This document shows positions 50,894-61,499 of a stretch of 64,000 nt of DNA, piece after piece (position 1 is the first letter of the stretch; each line of letters begins with the position of its first letter). The DNA is from an uncultured Candidatus Rokubacteria bacterium (GTDB lineage Bacteria; Methylomirabilota; Methylomirabilia; Rokubacteriales; CSP1-6), in NCBI GenBank assembly GCA_963762145.1, contig CAVXJS010000011.1, forward strand, positions 64,001-128,000. The letters are read 5' to 3'. The notes under the pieces were generated by a model, which ran no database searches, had not been told where the DNA came from, and worked only from the letters and a program-made list of their open reading frames with translations. The translations under genes were made by a program, and so were the position numbers.

Positions 50894-51555
50894 CCGACGA
50901 GAGCTTCGACTACCCGGTCATGGCGCGCGCGCTGATCCTGGGTGACAAGGACACGGTCGCCAAGAAGACGCAGGAAGGCCTGGCCCTGGCGATGGATCCG
51001 AAGGACCTGATCTTCCGCGGGCTCATCCCCGGCATGGACGTGGTCGGCGAGAAGTTCCGGCGCAACGAGTACTACGTTCCCCAGGTGCTGCTGTCCGCGC
51101 GGGCGATGTACGCGGGCCTCGATCTGCTCAAGCCCCTCATCACCAGCGCGGGCGGCGCGAACCAGAACCTGGGCGTGATCGTGATCGGCACCGCCCAAGG
51201 CGACCTGCACGACATCGGCAAGAATCTGGTGGCGATGATGCTCGAGGGGGCCGGCTTCAAGGTGATCAATCTGGGCCGGGACGTGGCCCCCGAGAAGTTC
51301 GTGGCCGCGGTGCAGGAGCACTCGGCTCACATCGTCGGCATCTCCGCGCTGATGACGACCACGATGCCCGCGATGAAGCGCACCATCGACGCGCTCGAGA
51401 AGGCGGGGCTGCGCGATCGCGTGAAGGTGATGATCGGAGGAGCCCCCGTGAACCAGGCCTACGCCGACGAGATCGGCGCGGACGGCTACGCGAAGGATTC
51501 GACCATCGCGGTGGTGCGGGCCAAGGAGCTGCTCGGCGTGCCGGTGAACGCGTGA
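50890..51555 (+). CDS. Corrinoid (B12-binding) protein: Cap + cobalamin domains
   Basis: TTG 50890 (TTGA overlap). GMDVVGEKF, GDLHDIGKNLV (DxHxxG), SALMTTTM, MIGGAP. Confidence 0.92.
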   Translation: MTDESFDYPVMARALILGDKDTVAKKTQEGLALAMDPKDLIFRGLIPGMDVVGEKFRRNEYYVPQVLLSARAMYAGLDLLKPLITSAGGANQNLGVIVIGTAQGDLHDIGKNLVAMMLEGAGFKVINLGRDVAPEKFVAAVQEHSAHIVGISALMTTTMPAMKRTIDALEKAGLRDRVKVMIGGAPVNQAYADEIGADGYAKDSTIAVVRAKELLGVPVNA

Positions 51556-52499
51556 TGGCGGCCCGCGCGCGCGGCTGGGAGATCGTGGAGCGGATCCGCG
51601 CCGGCGAGCGCCTCGTCTTCGACGGCGGCTACGGCACCGCCCTCTTCGACGCGGGCCTCGGGAACGGCGACTGCCCCGAGCTCTGGAACGACACGCACCC
51701 GGACGTGGTCCGCTCGATCCATCAGGGGTACTTCGACGCGGGCTCGCACCTCGTCGAGACCAACACCTTCGGCGCCTCCGCGCTCAAGCTGCACGAGTAC
51801 GACGAGCGCATGGGCCACGACATGGGCGCGCGCACGCGCGAGCTGAACGAGAAGGGCGTGCGGCTGGCCCGGGCGGCCTGCCCGCCCGGCGGGTTCGTGG
51901 CCGGCTCCATCGGGCCCACCAGCTACCTGCCGGTCGACTACGGGGTCGGCAAGAACGTGGCCACCGACGAGGAATACGAGGCGGCCTTCCGCGAGCAGGC
52001 CGAGGCCCTCGCGGCGGGCGGGGTGGACTGCTTCGCGGTGGAGACCATGATGTTTCCGCAGGAGGCGGAGGCCGCCATCCGGGCGTGCAAGGCGGTCGCG
52101 GACCTGCCGGTCATGGCCACCATGTTCTTCCAGTACGAGGAGCTGCACGACCGCGACCGGACCATGTGGGGCGAGAGTCCGGCCGACGTGGCCCGGCAGC
52201 TCCTCGCCGCGGGCGCGGACATCGTGGGCATGAACTGCGGGCGCGGGCCGGACCGGGCCATCGTGATCATCCGGGAGATGCGGCAGGTCACCGACGCGCC
52301 GCTCATCGCGTATCCCAACGCGGGGCTGCCGATCACCACCGGCGGGCGGACCACCTACGAGCTCGGTCCCGAGGAGATGGTCAAGGACTACCCGGCGCTC
52401 CTCGATGCCGGCTGCAACATCGTCGGGGGCTGCTGCGGCTCGAACCCCGAGCACATCCGCCTGATCGCCGACGTGGTGCGCTCGCGACGCGCGCGGTGA
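51552..52499 (+). CDS. Homocysteine S-methyltransferase domain protein (stand-alone)
   Basis: DGGYGT, ETNTFG, GSIGPT, GMNC, YPNAGLP, GGCCG zinc ligands. Confidence 0.92.
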   Translation: MMAARARGWEIVERIRAGERLVFDGGYGTALFDAGLGNGDCPELWNDTHPDVVRSIHQGYFDAGSHLVETNTFGASALKLHEYDERMGHDMGARTRELNEKGVRLARAACPPGGFVAGSIGPTSYLPVDYGVGKNVATDEEYEAAFREQAEALAAGGVDCFAVETMMFPQEAEAAIRACKAVADLPVMATMFFQYEELHDRDRTMWGESPADVARQLLAAGADIVGMNCGRGPDRAIVIIREMRQVTDAPLIAYPNAGLPITTGGRTTYELGPEEMVKDYPALLDAGCNIVGGCCGSNPEHIRLIADVVRSRRAR

Positions 52500-53266
52500 G
52501 CGCGGCACTCTCCGTCCTCTCTCCCACTCCCGCGGTTCTCGAGGATCTGCCGCTCGCGATCGACCGCGACGAGGTCCTGCGCTTCCAGGGCTACAAGAAG
52601 GGCGTGGACGTCCCCGGCGCCGAGGTCCTCGCGATCTTCGACGAAGCCCTGGCGCTGGGCCGGACCCTCCTGGCCCCCCGGGTGGTCTACCGCGCGATCG
52701 CGGTCACCGGCGGCGCGGCGGATCGCCTCGACGCGGGCGGCGAGCGTCTGCACATCCCGCAGATCGGGCGGCTCTGGGGCCCCATCGAAGCGGTCGGCGC
52801 GGGCATCTGCACGGTCGGCGAGGCCCTCGAGACCCGCGTCCGGGAGCTCTTCGAGGCACGCGAGCTGCCGCTCGCGGTGATGCTCGACAGCGTCGGATCC
52901 GCCGCGGCGGAGAGCCTGGCCGAGTTCGCCAACGACCTGCTCTGCCAGGCGGGGCTCCGGGCGGGGACGAGGGTCACCAACCGGATCAGCCCCGGGTACG
53001 CGGGATGGGACACCGCGGAGCAGGCGGCGCTGTTCCGCCTGTGCCCGGGGGAGCCCATCGGGGTGCGCCTGAACGAGGCGTGCTTCATGACGCCGGGCAA
53101 GAGCATCAGCTGGCTGGTGGGCGTCGGCCCGGAGGCGCGGGTGGACCACTACTTCACCCAGTGCCGCCGCTGCTGGATGCGCGACTGCGCCTATCGCCGG
53201 GCCCCGGCGACCACCACGGTACGGCAGCCGGGCACGGTGCAGGAGCCGGGCGACGGGGTGTGGTGA
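52496..53266 (+). CDS. B12-dependent methionine synthase reactivation (AdoMet-binding) domain protein
   Basis: GTG 52496. CTVG..LE, LDSVGSAAAE, RISPGY, MTPGKSIS, C-terminal CRRC...C.YRR. Confidence 0.85.
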   Translation: MSAALSVLSPTPAVLEDLPLAIDRDEVLRFQGYKKGVDVPGAEVLAIFDEALALGRTLLAPRVVYRAIAVTGGAADRLDAGGERLHIPQIGRLWGPIEAVGAGICTVGEALETRVRELFEARELPLAVMLDSVGSAAAESLAEFANDLLCQAGLRAGTRVTNRISPGYAGWDTAEQAALFRLCPGEPIGVRLNEACFMTPGKSISWLVGVGPEARVDHYFTQCRRCWMRDCAYRRAPATTTVRQPGTVQEPGDGVW

Positions 53267-53282
53267 TAGGCTGGGTGGACGT

Positions 53283-53861
53283 ATGGGCGACAACGTGATC
53301 CTGGTGGGCTTCATGGGGGCGGGCAAGTCGTCGGTGGGGCGGCTCCTCGCTCGCCGGCTCGGCCGGTGCTTCGTGGAGACCGACGACATGATCACGGCCC
53401 AGGAGGGCCGCTCGATCCCGGACATCTTCGCGGAGCGGGGCGAGGCCCACTTCCGCGCCCTGGAGGAGGAGACGGTGCGGCTGCTCGCGCTGAAGTCGGG
53501 CGACGTGATCGCCACCGGCGGGGGCCTGCCCTGCCGCGACGGGCGCCCCGAGACGCTCCGGGCCATGGGCACCGTGGTGTGGCTCCGCGGCGAGTTCGAC
53601 GCGGTGTACGAGCGGGCGCAGCGCGCGGGCGCGCGGCCGATGCTGGCCGGGCGCGGGCGCGACGAGATCGAGGCGCTCTATCGGGCGCGCGAGCCCTACT
53701 ATCGCCAGGCCGACCTCTCGGTGGACACCACCGGCATCAATCCCGACCAGGTCGTGGCCAAGCTCCTGCTCCTCCTGCGCTATCGCAACGCCGCCACCCT
53801 CTCTCCTCTGGACAAGCCCGGCTCCCTCTCCCCTCTGGGGAAGGGGCAGGGTGAGGGGTAG
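53283..53861 (+). CDS. aroK: Shikimate kinase
   Basis: GFMGAGKSSVG, IFAERGEAHFR, ATGGG, RPML, REPYY. C-terminus extended by repeat-derived residues. Confidence 0.93.
   Translation: MGDNVILVGFMGAGKSSVGRLLARRLGRCFVETDDMITAQEGRSIPDIFAERGEAHFRALEEETVRLLALKSGDVIATGGGLPCRDGRPETLRAMGTVVWLRGEFDAVYERAQRAGARPMLAGRGRDEIEALYRAREPYYRQADLSVDTTGINPDQVVAKLLLLLRYRNAATLSPLDKPGSLSPLGKGQGEG
53824..53858 (-). repeat. REP-like palindrome inside the 3' end of aroK
   Basis: Reverse complement CCCCTCACCCTGCCCCTTCCCC-AGA-GGGGAGAGGG is near-identical to 37516-37551. Confidence 0.8.
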
Positions 53862-53871
53862 TCGTACCGCG

Positions 53872-55722
53872 ATGCCCTCGCCCCTGCTCACCCGCCTCGC
53901 CGAGCGCCCGCTCCTCTGCGACGGGGCCATGGGCACGCTGCTGTACGCCCGCGGCGTCGCGCTCGACGCCTGCTTCGACGTGCTCAACCTCAACGAGCCC
54001 AAGCTCGTGCAGGCGGTCCACGCGGAGTACATCGCGGCGGGCTGCGACGCCATCGAGACGAATACCTTCGGAGCCAACCGCTTCAAGCTCGGCGTCCACG
54101 GCCTGCAGGCGCGCGTGCGGGAGATCAACCTGCGCGGCGCCAAGCTGGCGCGCGACGTGCGCGAGAGCATGGGGCGCGACGTGATGGTCCTGGGCTCGAT
54201 CGGCCCCCTCGGCAAGTACCTGGCCCCACTCGGCAGCGTCGAGCCGGCGGACGCGCGGGCCGCGTTCCACGAGCAGGCGGAGGGGCTCCTGGAAGGCGGC
54301 ATCGACGCGTTCGTGATCGAGACCTTCTCGGACCTCACCGAGATGCGCCTGGCCGTCGAGGCGGTGCGCGCTCTCACCGACCTGCCGATCCTCGCCGAGG
54401 TCGCGTTCACCGACGAGGGCGTGACCTTCACCGGGCGCGCCGCGGCCGAGGTCGTCCGCACCCTGCGGGAGCTGCCGATCCAGGCGGTGGGGGCCAACTG
54501 CTCGGTCGGCTCCAGCGTGCTCTTCGACATCCTGGAGCAGATGGTGCCGGAGGCGGGCGGCCTCCACGTGGCCATCCAGCCGAACGCGGGGCTGCCGAGC
54601 CGGGTGGGAGAGCGGCTGATGTACCTCTCCTCGCCGATCTACATGGCGGACTACGCGGCGCGGATGATCGCGAGCGGCGCGCGCCTTGTCGGCGGCTGCT
54701 GCGGGACGACACCCCAGCACATTCGCGCGATGCGGGAGGCGCTCGACCGGCTGGTGCCCCAGCGCAGCGCCGCCCGGGTCGAGCCGGTCCGTCGTGCCCG
54801 GGTGGAGATCGCCGAGCCCTCCGGCCTCGCCACCAGCGCGCCGCCCACCCTGCTGCAGCGCCGCCTCGACGCGGGGGAGTTCCTCGTCACGGTCGAGCTG
54901 GATCCGCCGCGCGGACACAACATCGAGAAGCTCGTGCAGGGGGCGAAGCTCCTCAAGGAGCGCGGCGTCGAGATCGTGGACATCAACGACGGCTCGCTGG
55001 GCCGCGTGCGGATGTCGGTCCTGCCCACCGCGATGCTGGTGCGGGACGCGACCGGGCTCGACATCAACATGCACTTCACCTGCCGCGATCGGAACCTGAT
55101 GGGCATCCAGGCGGATCTCCTCGGCGCCCACGCGATGGACATCCGCAACATCCTGGCCATGACCGGCGATCCCCCGCGGACCGGCGACTACGTCAACGCC
55201 ACCGCGGTGTTCGACGTGGACGCGATCGGCCTCATCCGGATCCTCGCCGAGATGAACCGCGGCCTCGACGCTACCGGCACCTCGATCGGCGAGCCCACCT
55301 CGTTCAGCGTGGGGGTGGCCCTCAACCCGGCGAGCGAGGAGCCGGCGCGCGAGATGGAGCGCTTCCTCGCCAAGGTCGAGGCGGGGGCCCGCTGGGTACA
55401 GACGCAGCCCATCTACGATCTGGACGTGCTCGATCGGTTCTTCGCGCGGACCCGCTCGCCGATTCCCCTCGTCGTCGGCATCATGCCGCTCCACTCGTCA
55501 CGCCACGCCGAGTTCCTGCACAACGAGGTGCCGGGCATCACGGTGCCCGACCCGGTGCGGGCGCGGATGCGGGAGGCGGGCGAGCGCGGGCTCCGCGCCG
55601 GCATCGAGATGGCCCAGGGCCTCCTGCGCGACCTGCGCAGCCGCCACCACGCCGGCGTCTACCTGATGCCGTCCTTCGGCCGCTTCGAGGTCGTGGCTGA
55701 GGTCCTGGACGCGCTGCACTGA
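53872..55722 (+). CDS. Bifunctional homocysteine S-methyltransferase / methylenetetrahydrofolate reductase (YitJ-like)
   Basis: ATG 53872. DGAMGT, GANC, PNAGLP, GGCCGTTP, then VELDPP, HFTCRDRN, TGDPP, QTQPIYD, HNEVPGI. Confidence 0.93.
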   Translation: MPSPLLTRLAERPLLCDGAMGTLLYARGVALDACFDVLNLNEPKLVQAVHAEYIAAGCDAIETNTFGANRFKLGVHGLQARVREINLRGAKLARDVRESMGRDVMVLGSIGPLGKYLAPLGSVEPADARAAFHEQAEGLLEGGIDAFVIETFSDLTEMRLAVEAVRALTDLPILAEVAFTDEGVTFTGRAAAEVVRTLRELPIQAVGANCSVGSSVLFDILEQMVPEAGGLHVAIQPNAGLPSRVGERLMYLSSPIYMADYAARMIASGARLVGGCCGTTPQHIRAMREALDRLVPQRSAARVEPVRRARVEIAEPSGLATSAPPTLLQRRLDAGEFLVTVELDPPRGHNIEKLVQGAKLLKERGVEIVDINDGSLGRVRMSVLPTAMLVRDATGLDINMHFTCRDRNLMGIQADLLGAHAMDIRNILAMTGDPPRTGDYVNATAVFDVDAIGLIRILAEMNRGLDATGTSIGEPTSFSVGVALNPASEEPAREMERFLAKVEAGARWVQTQPIYDLDVLDRFFARTRSPIPLVVGIMPLHSSRHAEFLHNEVPGITVPDPVRARMREAGERGLRAGIEMAQGLLRDLRSRHHAGVYLMPSFGRFEVVAEVLDALH

Positions 55723-55724
55723 GC

Positions 55725-57044
55725 ATGGCGGCCATGTACGAGCTGGGAGCCGCCGAGGCCGCCCGGCGCATCCGCGCCGGCACGCTGTCGCCTTCGAACC
55801 TGCTCGCGGCGTGCCTCAAGCGCATCGACGCGACCGAGCCCGCGGTCGGCGCGTGGGTGCGGCTCGACCGCGACGCGGCCGCGCGGGTGGCGGTGCAGCG
55901 CGACATCGAGGCCCGCGAGGGGCGCTTCATGGGCGCGCTGCACGGCGTCCCCATCGGGCTCAAGGACATCTTCGACGCGGCCGGCGTGCCCACCGCCTCG
56001 GGCGCGCCCGCCTGGGCCACGCGTACCCCGGCGGCGGATGCGCCGTCCGTCGCGGCGCTGCGGGGCGCGGGCGGGGTGCCGATGGGCAAGCTCGTGACCA
56101 CGGCCTTCGCGTACCTCGACCCGTCGGTCACGCGCAATCCGTGGAATCCGGAGCACACCCCCGGCGGCTCCTCCAGCGGCCCCGCCGCGGCGGTGGCCGC
56201 GCGCATGACGCCGCTGGCGCTCGGGTCGCAGACGGTGGGCTCGGTGCTGCGGCCGGCCGCGTACTGCGGCGTCGTCGGCTTCAAGCCCACCCACGGCCGG
56301 ATCAGCGCGGCGGGCGTGCTCGAGCTGGCCGGCAGCCTGGACCACGTCGGGGTGTTCGCACGGGCGGTGGAGGACTGCGCGCTCGCGCTCGCGGTGCTGG
56401 CCGGGGGGGATCCCGCGCCGGAGGACTACCGGGCCGCGGTGGTCGAGCCGCCGGCGCCCCGTCTGGGCGTGCTCGCCTCGTTCATGGCCCGGGCGACGCC
56501 CGAGATGGGCAAGCATCTCGAAGCGGTCGCGCGCGGCCTCGAAGCCGCGGGGGCGCGGCTGGAGGAGGTGGCGCTGCCCGACGCGTTCGCCGCGATCTAC
56601 GACGTGGGCGCCACCGTGCTGCGCGCGGAGGCGGCGGCCGCGCACGCCGCGCTCTTTCCCGCGCACGCGGCCGAGTACCCGCCGAAGATCAGGGAGCTGA
56701 TCGAGCTGGGCCACGCGATCTCGGCGCCCGCGTACCTGGCCGCGCAGGCCGCGCGGCGGCAGGTCCGCGCGGAGACGGGGGCGGTCGCCGCGCGCTACGA
56801 CGCGCTCCTCCTGCCCACCATCGGCGCGCCGGCGCCCCGGGGGCTGGGGTCGACGGGCGATCCCGCGTTCTGCTCGCCGTGGAGCTCCCTGGGGATGCCC
56901 GCCATCACGCTGCCGACCGGTGTGGAGGGCGGCCTGCCGCTCGCCCTCCAGCTCGTGGCCGCCCCGTGGGGCGAGGCGCGGCTGCTGGCGTCGGCCGCCT
57001 GGTGCGAGCGCGTGATCGGCTTCACCGCCGGTCCGCCGCTCTGA
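55725..57044 (+). CDS. Amidase signature family enzyme
   Basis: GLKDIFD, TRNPWN..HTPGGSSSG, GSQTVGSVLRPAAYCG. Confidence 0.92.
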   Translation: MAAMYELGAAEAARRIRAGTLSPSNLLAACLKRIDATEPAVGAWVRLDRDAAARVAVQRDIEAREGRFMGALHGVPIGLKDIFDAAGVPTASGAPAWATRTPAADAPSVAALRGAGGVPMGKLVTTAFAYLDPSVTRNPWNPEHTPGGSSSGPAAAVAARMTPLALGSQTVGSVLRPAAYCGVVGFKPTHGRISAAGVLELAGSLDHVGVFARAVEDCALALAVLAGGDPAPEDYRAAVVEPPAPRLGVLASFMARATPEMGKHLEAVARGLEAAGARLEEVALPDAFAAIYDVGATVLRAEAAAAHAALFPAHAAEYPPKIRELIELGHAISAPAYLAAQAARRQVRAETGAVAARYDALLLPTIGAPAPRGLGSTGDPAFCSPWSSLGMPAITLPTGVEGGLPLALQLVAAPWGEARLLASAAWCERVIGFTAGPPL

Positions 57045-57054
57045 GGCCGCGCGC

Positions 57055-60000
57055 GTGAAGATCGGGCGCCTGTTCCCCGACCTCCTGGCCACGCTGGAGC
57101 GCGCCGCGTCCTCCGAGGCGGGCTTCACCCGCACGCTCCGGCTGCTCGTGACCCTCGCCGGCGCCCGAGCAGGCGGCCTGCGCTTTCGCCCCGGGGACGG
57201 CACCCCGCTGGACGTGATCGTGGGCGCCCGGCGTGGCTCCGCCCTCGAGGGCTGGATTCAGGCGCGGCTCGAGCAGTCCGGCCGGGGCGTGAAGGTCGAG
57301 AAGCTGGCCGAGGCGCCGCCGGGGATCCGGTCGCGCGATATCACGGTGCTGACCGCGGGGCTGGGCGATGCCGTCCGTCCCGTCGGCGGGCTCGTGCTGC
57401 TCGGGCCGGGCGGCGCGCGCGGGCTCGCCCGCGAGACGATCCCGCCGAGCTTCCTGCGCGAGTTTGGCCACGCCCTCGAGCAGGTGTGGCGCCTGCGGCG
57501 GCGCACCATCCGGCTCGAAGTCATCAACGAGGTAATGGCCCTCACCGCGACGACGCTGCCGCTCGATCGCGTGTACGGCAAGACGGCGGAGGCGGTCGCC
57601 CGGCTGATCCGCTTCGACGCGCTCGGCGTGACGCTGCTCGATCGCGAGCGGGGGGACTTCCGGTTCCTCGACGTGACCGCGCCCGCCGTGCGGCCCGAGG
57701 TCCTCGACTTCCGGATGCCTACCGCCGGGACCCTGACCGCGTGGGTCGCGAGCCAGCGGGCGCCGCGACGCGTCGACGATGCGACCACCGATCCGTCCGT
57801 CCCGGCGGTGAGCCGCGACCTGCTGTCGCGGCGGGGCTTCCGGTCCGCGATCCTGGCTCCGCTGCTCTCGCAGGGCCAGGTCATCGGCACGCTGAACGTC
57901 GCCCACCGCGCGCCGCACGCCTTCACGGACGCCGACGTGGAGATCTTGATGGAGGTGGCGCGCCCGCTTGCCTCCGCGGTGGAGCATGCGCGCCTGCACG
58001 CGGAGAGCGCGCGCGGTGCCGAGGAGCTGGCCGCGCTGAACCGCACGAGCCAGCTCATCACCGCGCGGCTCGACCTGCCCTCGGTCCTGGAGACGATCAG
58101 CCGCTCGGTCACCTCGCTCATGGGGAGCACCGGCTGCGGCATCGGGCTCCTGAGCCCCGACGACCGGACCCTGATCGAGCAGGCGGCCGCGCACGGCTTC
58201 CGGACCCCGGAGTGGCAGAACCTCTCGGTGCGGGTGGGGGAGGGGCTCATCGGCCTCGCCGTCTCGTCGGGGCAGGCGGTGCGCTCCGACGATCTCCGCG
58301 AAGATCCGCGCTCCGCGCGGCGGGACCTGGACGAGAAGGAAGGCATCCGCTCCCTGCTGAGCGTGCCGCTGCGGGTCGGCGGCCAGATCATCGGCGTCAT
58401 CTCCGCCTTCTCCACCGAGCCACGCGCCTTCGGCGATCGCCAGCAGGCGATGCTGGAGAGCTTCGCGGATCAGGCCGGCATCGCGATCCAGAACGCGCGC
58501 CTGTTCGAGGAGACCCAGCGGCGCGCGCGGGAGACCCAGGCCCTGCTGCGCGCGGGCCACGCGGTCAACCAGAGTCTCGACGTGAGCGAGACGGTGGGAC
58601 TCATCCTGAACCAGGCCCGCGAGGTGCTGGAGGTGCAGTCGTGCGGCCTGTTCACGCTGGACGCCGCGACCGGCGAGCTGACCGCCACCGCCAGCCTCGA
58701 CCTGCCCGCGGAGGACCTGCACGCGATCCGCCTGCGGGTCGGCGAGGGCATCACCGGCGTCGCGGTCAAGGAGCGACGGCCGGTGCAGACCGCGGACCTC
58801 TACCGCGATCCCCGGGTGCGGTATCCGCAGGCGAGCCTGCGCTCGATGCTGGCCGCGCCCCTGATCGTGGGGGAGCAGACGATCGGCGCCCTCACCGTGC
58901 TCCGGACCGACGTGCACCACTTCAGCGCCGAGGAGGAATCGCTGGTCTCCGCGTTCGCAGACCAGGCCGCGATGGCGCTGGAGCACGCGCGCCTGTTCAG
59001 CTCGGTCCGCACGTACTCCGAGCGCCTGGAGGCCATGGTGGAGGCGCGCACCCACGAGCTCGACGAGCAGCGGCGCTTCGTGGAGGTGGTGCTGGAGACG
59101 CTGCCGCTCGGCCTCTTCGTGCTCGACGCGGAGCTGCGCGTGATCAGCACGAACCGGGAAGGCGGCGCGCTGTTGCCGGTGGAGGCCGGTGCCCGCCGTC
59201 CGTTCGCGGAGCTGATGCCGCCCGCCAAGGTCGCCGCGGTACACGCCTTCCTGGAGGGCGCGGTGACCGCGCGCGAGGTGCGCCATGCCGAGGAGGAGCT
59301 GCCCGCGGGCGGGGAGACCCTCACCGTGCGGTTGACCGCGACCCCGCTCCGCGCCCCGCAGGCCACCCACGTGCTGGTCCTGGTGGAGGACATCACGCTG
59401 CAGAAGCGGCTCGAGCGCCAGATGGTGCTGACCGAGCGGCTCACCACCGCGGGGCGGCTGGCCGCCGGGGTGGCCCACGAGCTGAATAATCCGCTGGCCA
59501 CCATCGCGGGCTGCGCGGAGGCCCTGAAGGAGCGGGCGCACGATCCGCACCTGCGCGGCCTGGATGCGTTCAAGGACTTCCCGAGCTATCTCGGGCTGAT
59601 CGAGGAGGAGGCGTACCGCTGCAAGGAGATCACCGGGAGCCTGCTCCACTTCGTGCGCGACCCCGGCAGCCGCCGCGCCCCGACCGATCTGAACATGCTG
59701 GCGGACAAGGTGCTGGAGCTGATCGGACACCAGTCCCGCTACGCCCAGAGCCGGTTCGAGCGGCGCTTCGACGCCGAGATGCCCGACGTGGTGGCCAACG
59801 AGGGCCAGCTCCGCCAGGTGTTCCTCGGGCTCGCCAGCAACGCGCTCGACGCGATGGACGGCCGTGGGACCCTGACCGTGACCACGCGCCGACGCAACGC
59901 CAAGGAGGTCGAGATTGCATTCACGGACGAGGGCCCGGGCATTCCCGAGCACATCCTGCCGCGCGTGTTCGACCCCTTCTTCACCACCAAGCCGCCGGGC

Positions 60001-60125
60001 CAAGGGACCGGGCTCGGCCTGGCGATCGCGCAGGGCTTCGTGGCCGACCACGACGGCCGCTTCGAGGTCGACTCCCGCGTCGGCGCCGGCACCACCTTCC
60101 GCGTCATCCTGCCGGTGACTCGCTC

Positions 60126-60129
<4 letters not shown>
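57055..60129 (+). CDS. Cytoplasmic sensor histidine kinase with three GAF domains and PAS
   Basis: Three GAF repeats ending A.A.E/QNARL, H-box GVAHELNNPL, DEGPGI, FFTTK..GTGLGL. Confidence 0.93.
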
Positions 60130-61472
<1,343 letters not shown>

Positions 61473-61499
61473 GCCCGGCCGTCCCCTTTCGGGCGCGGG

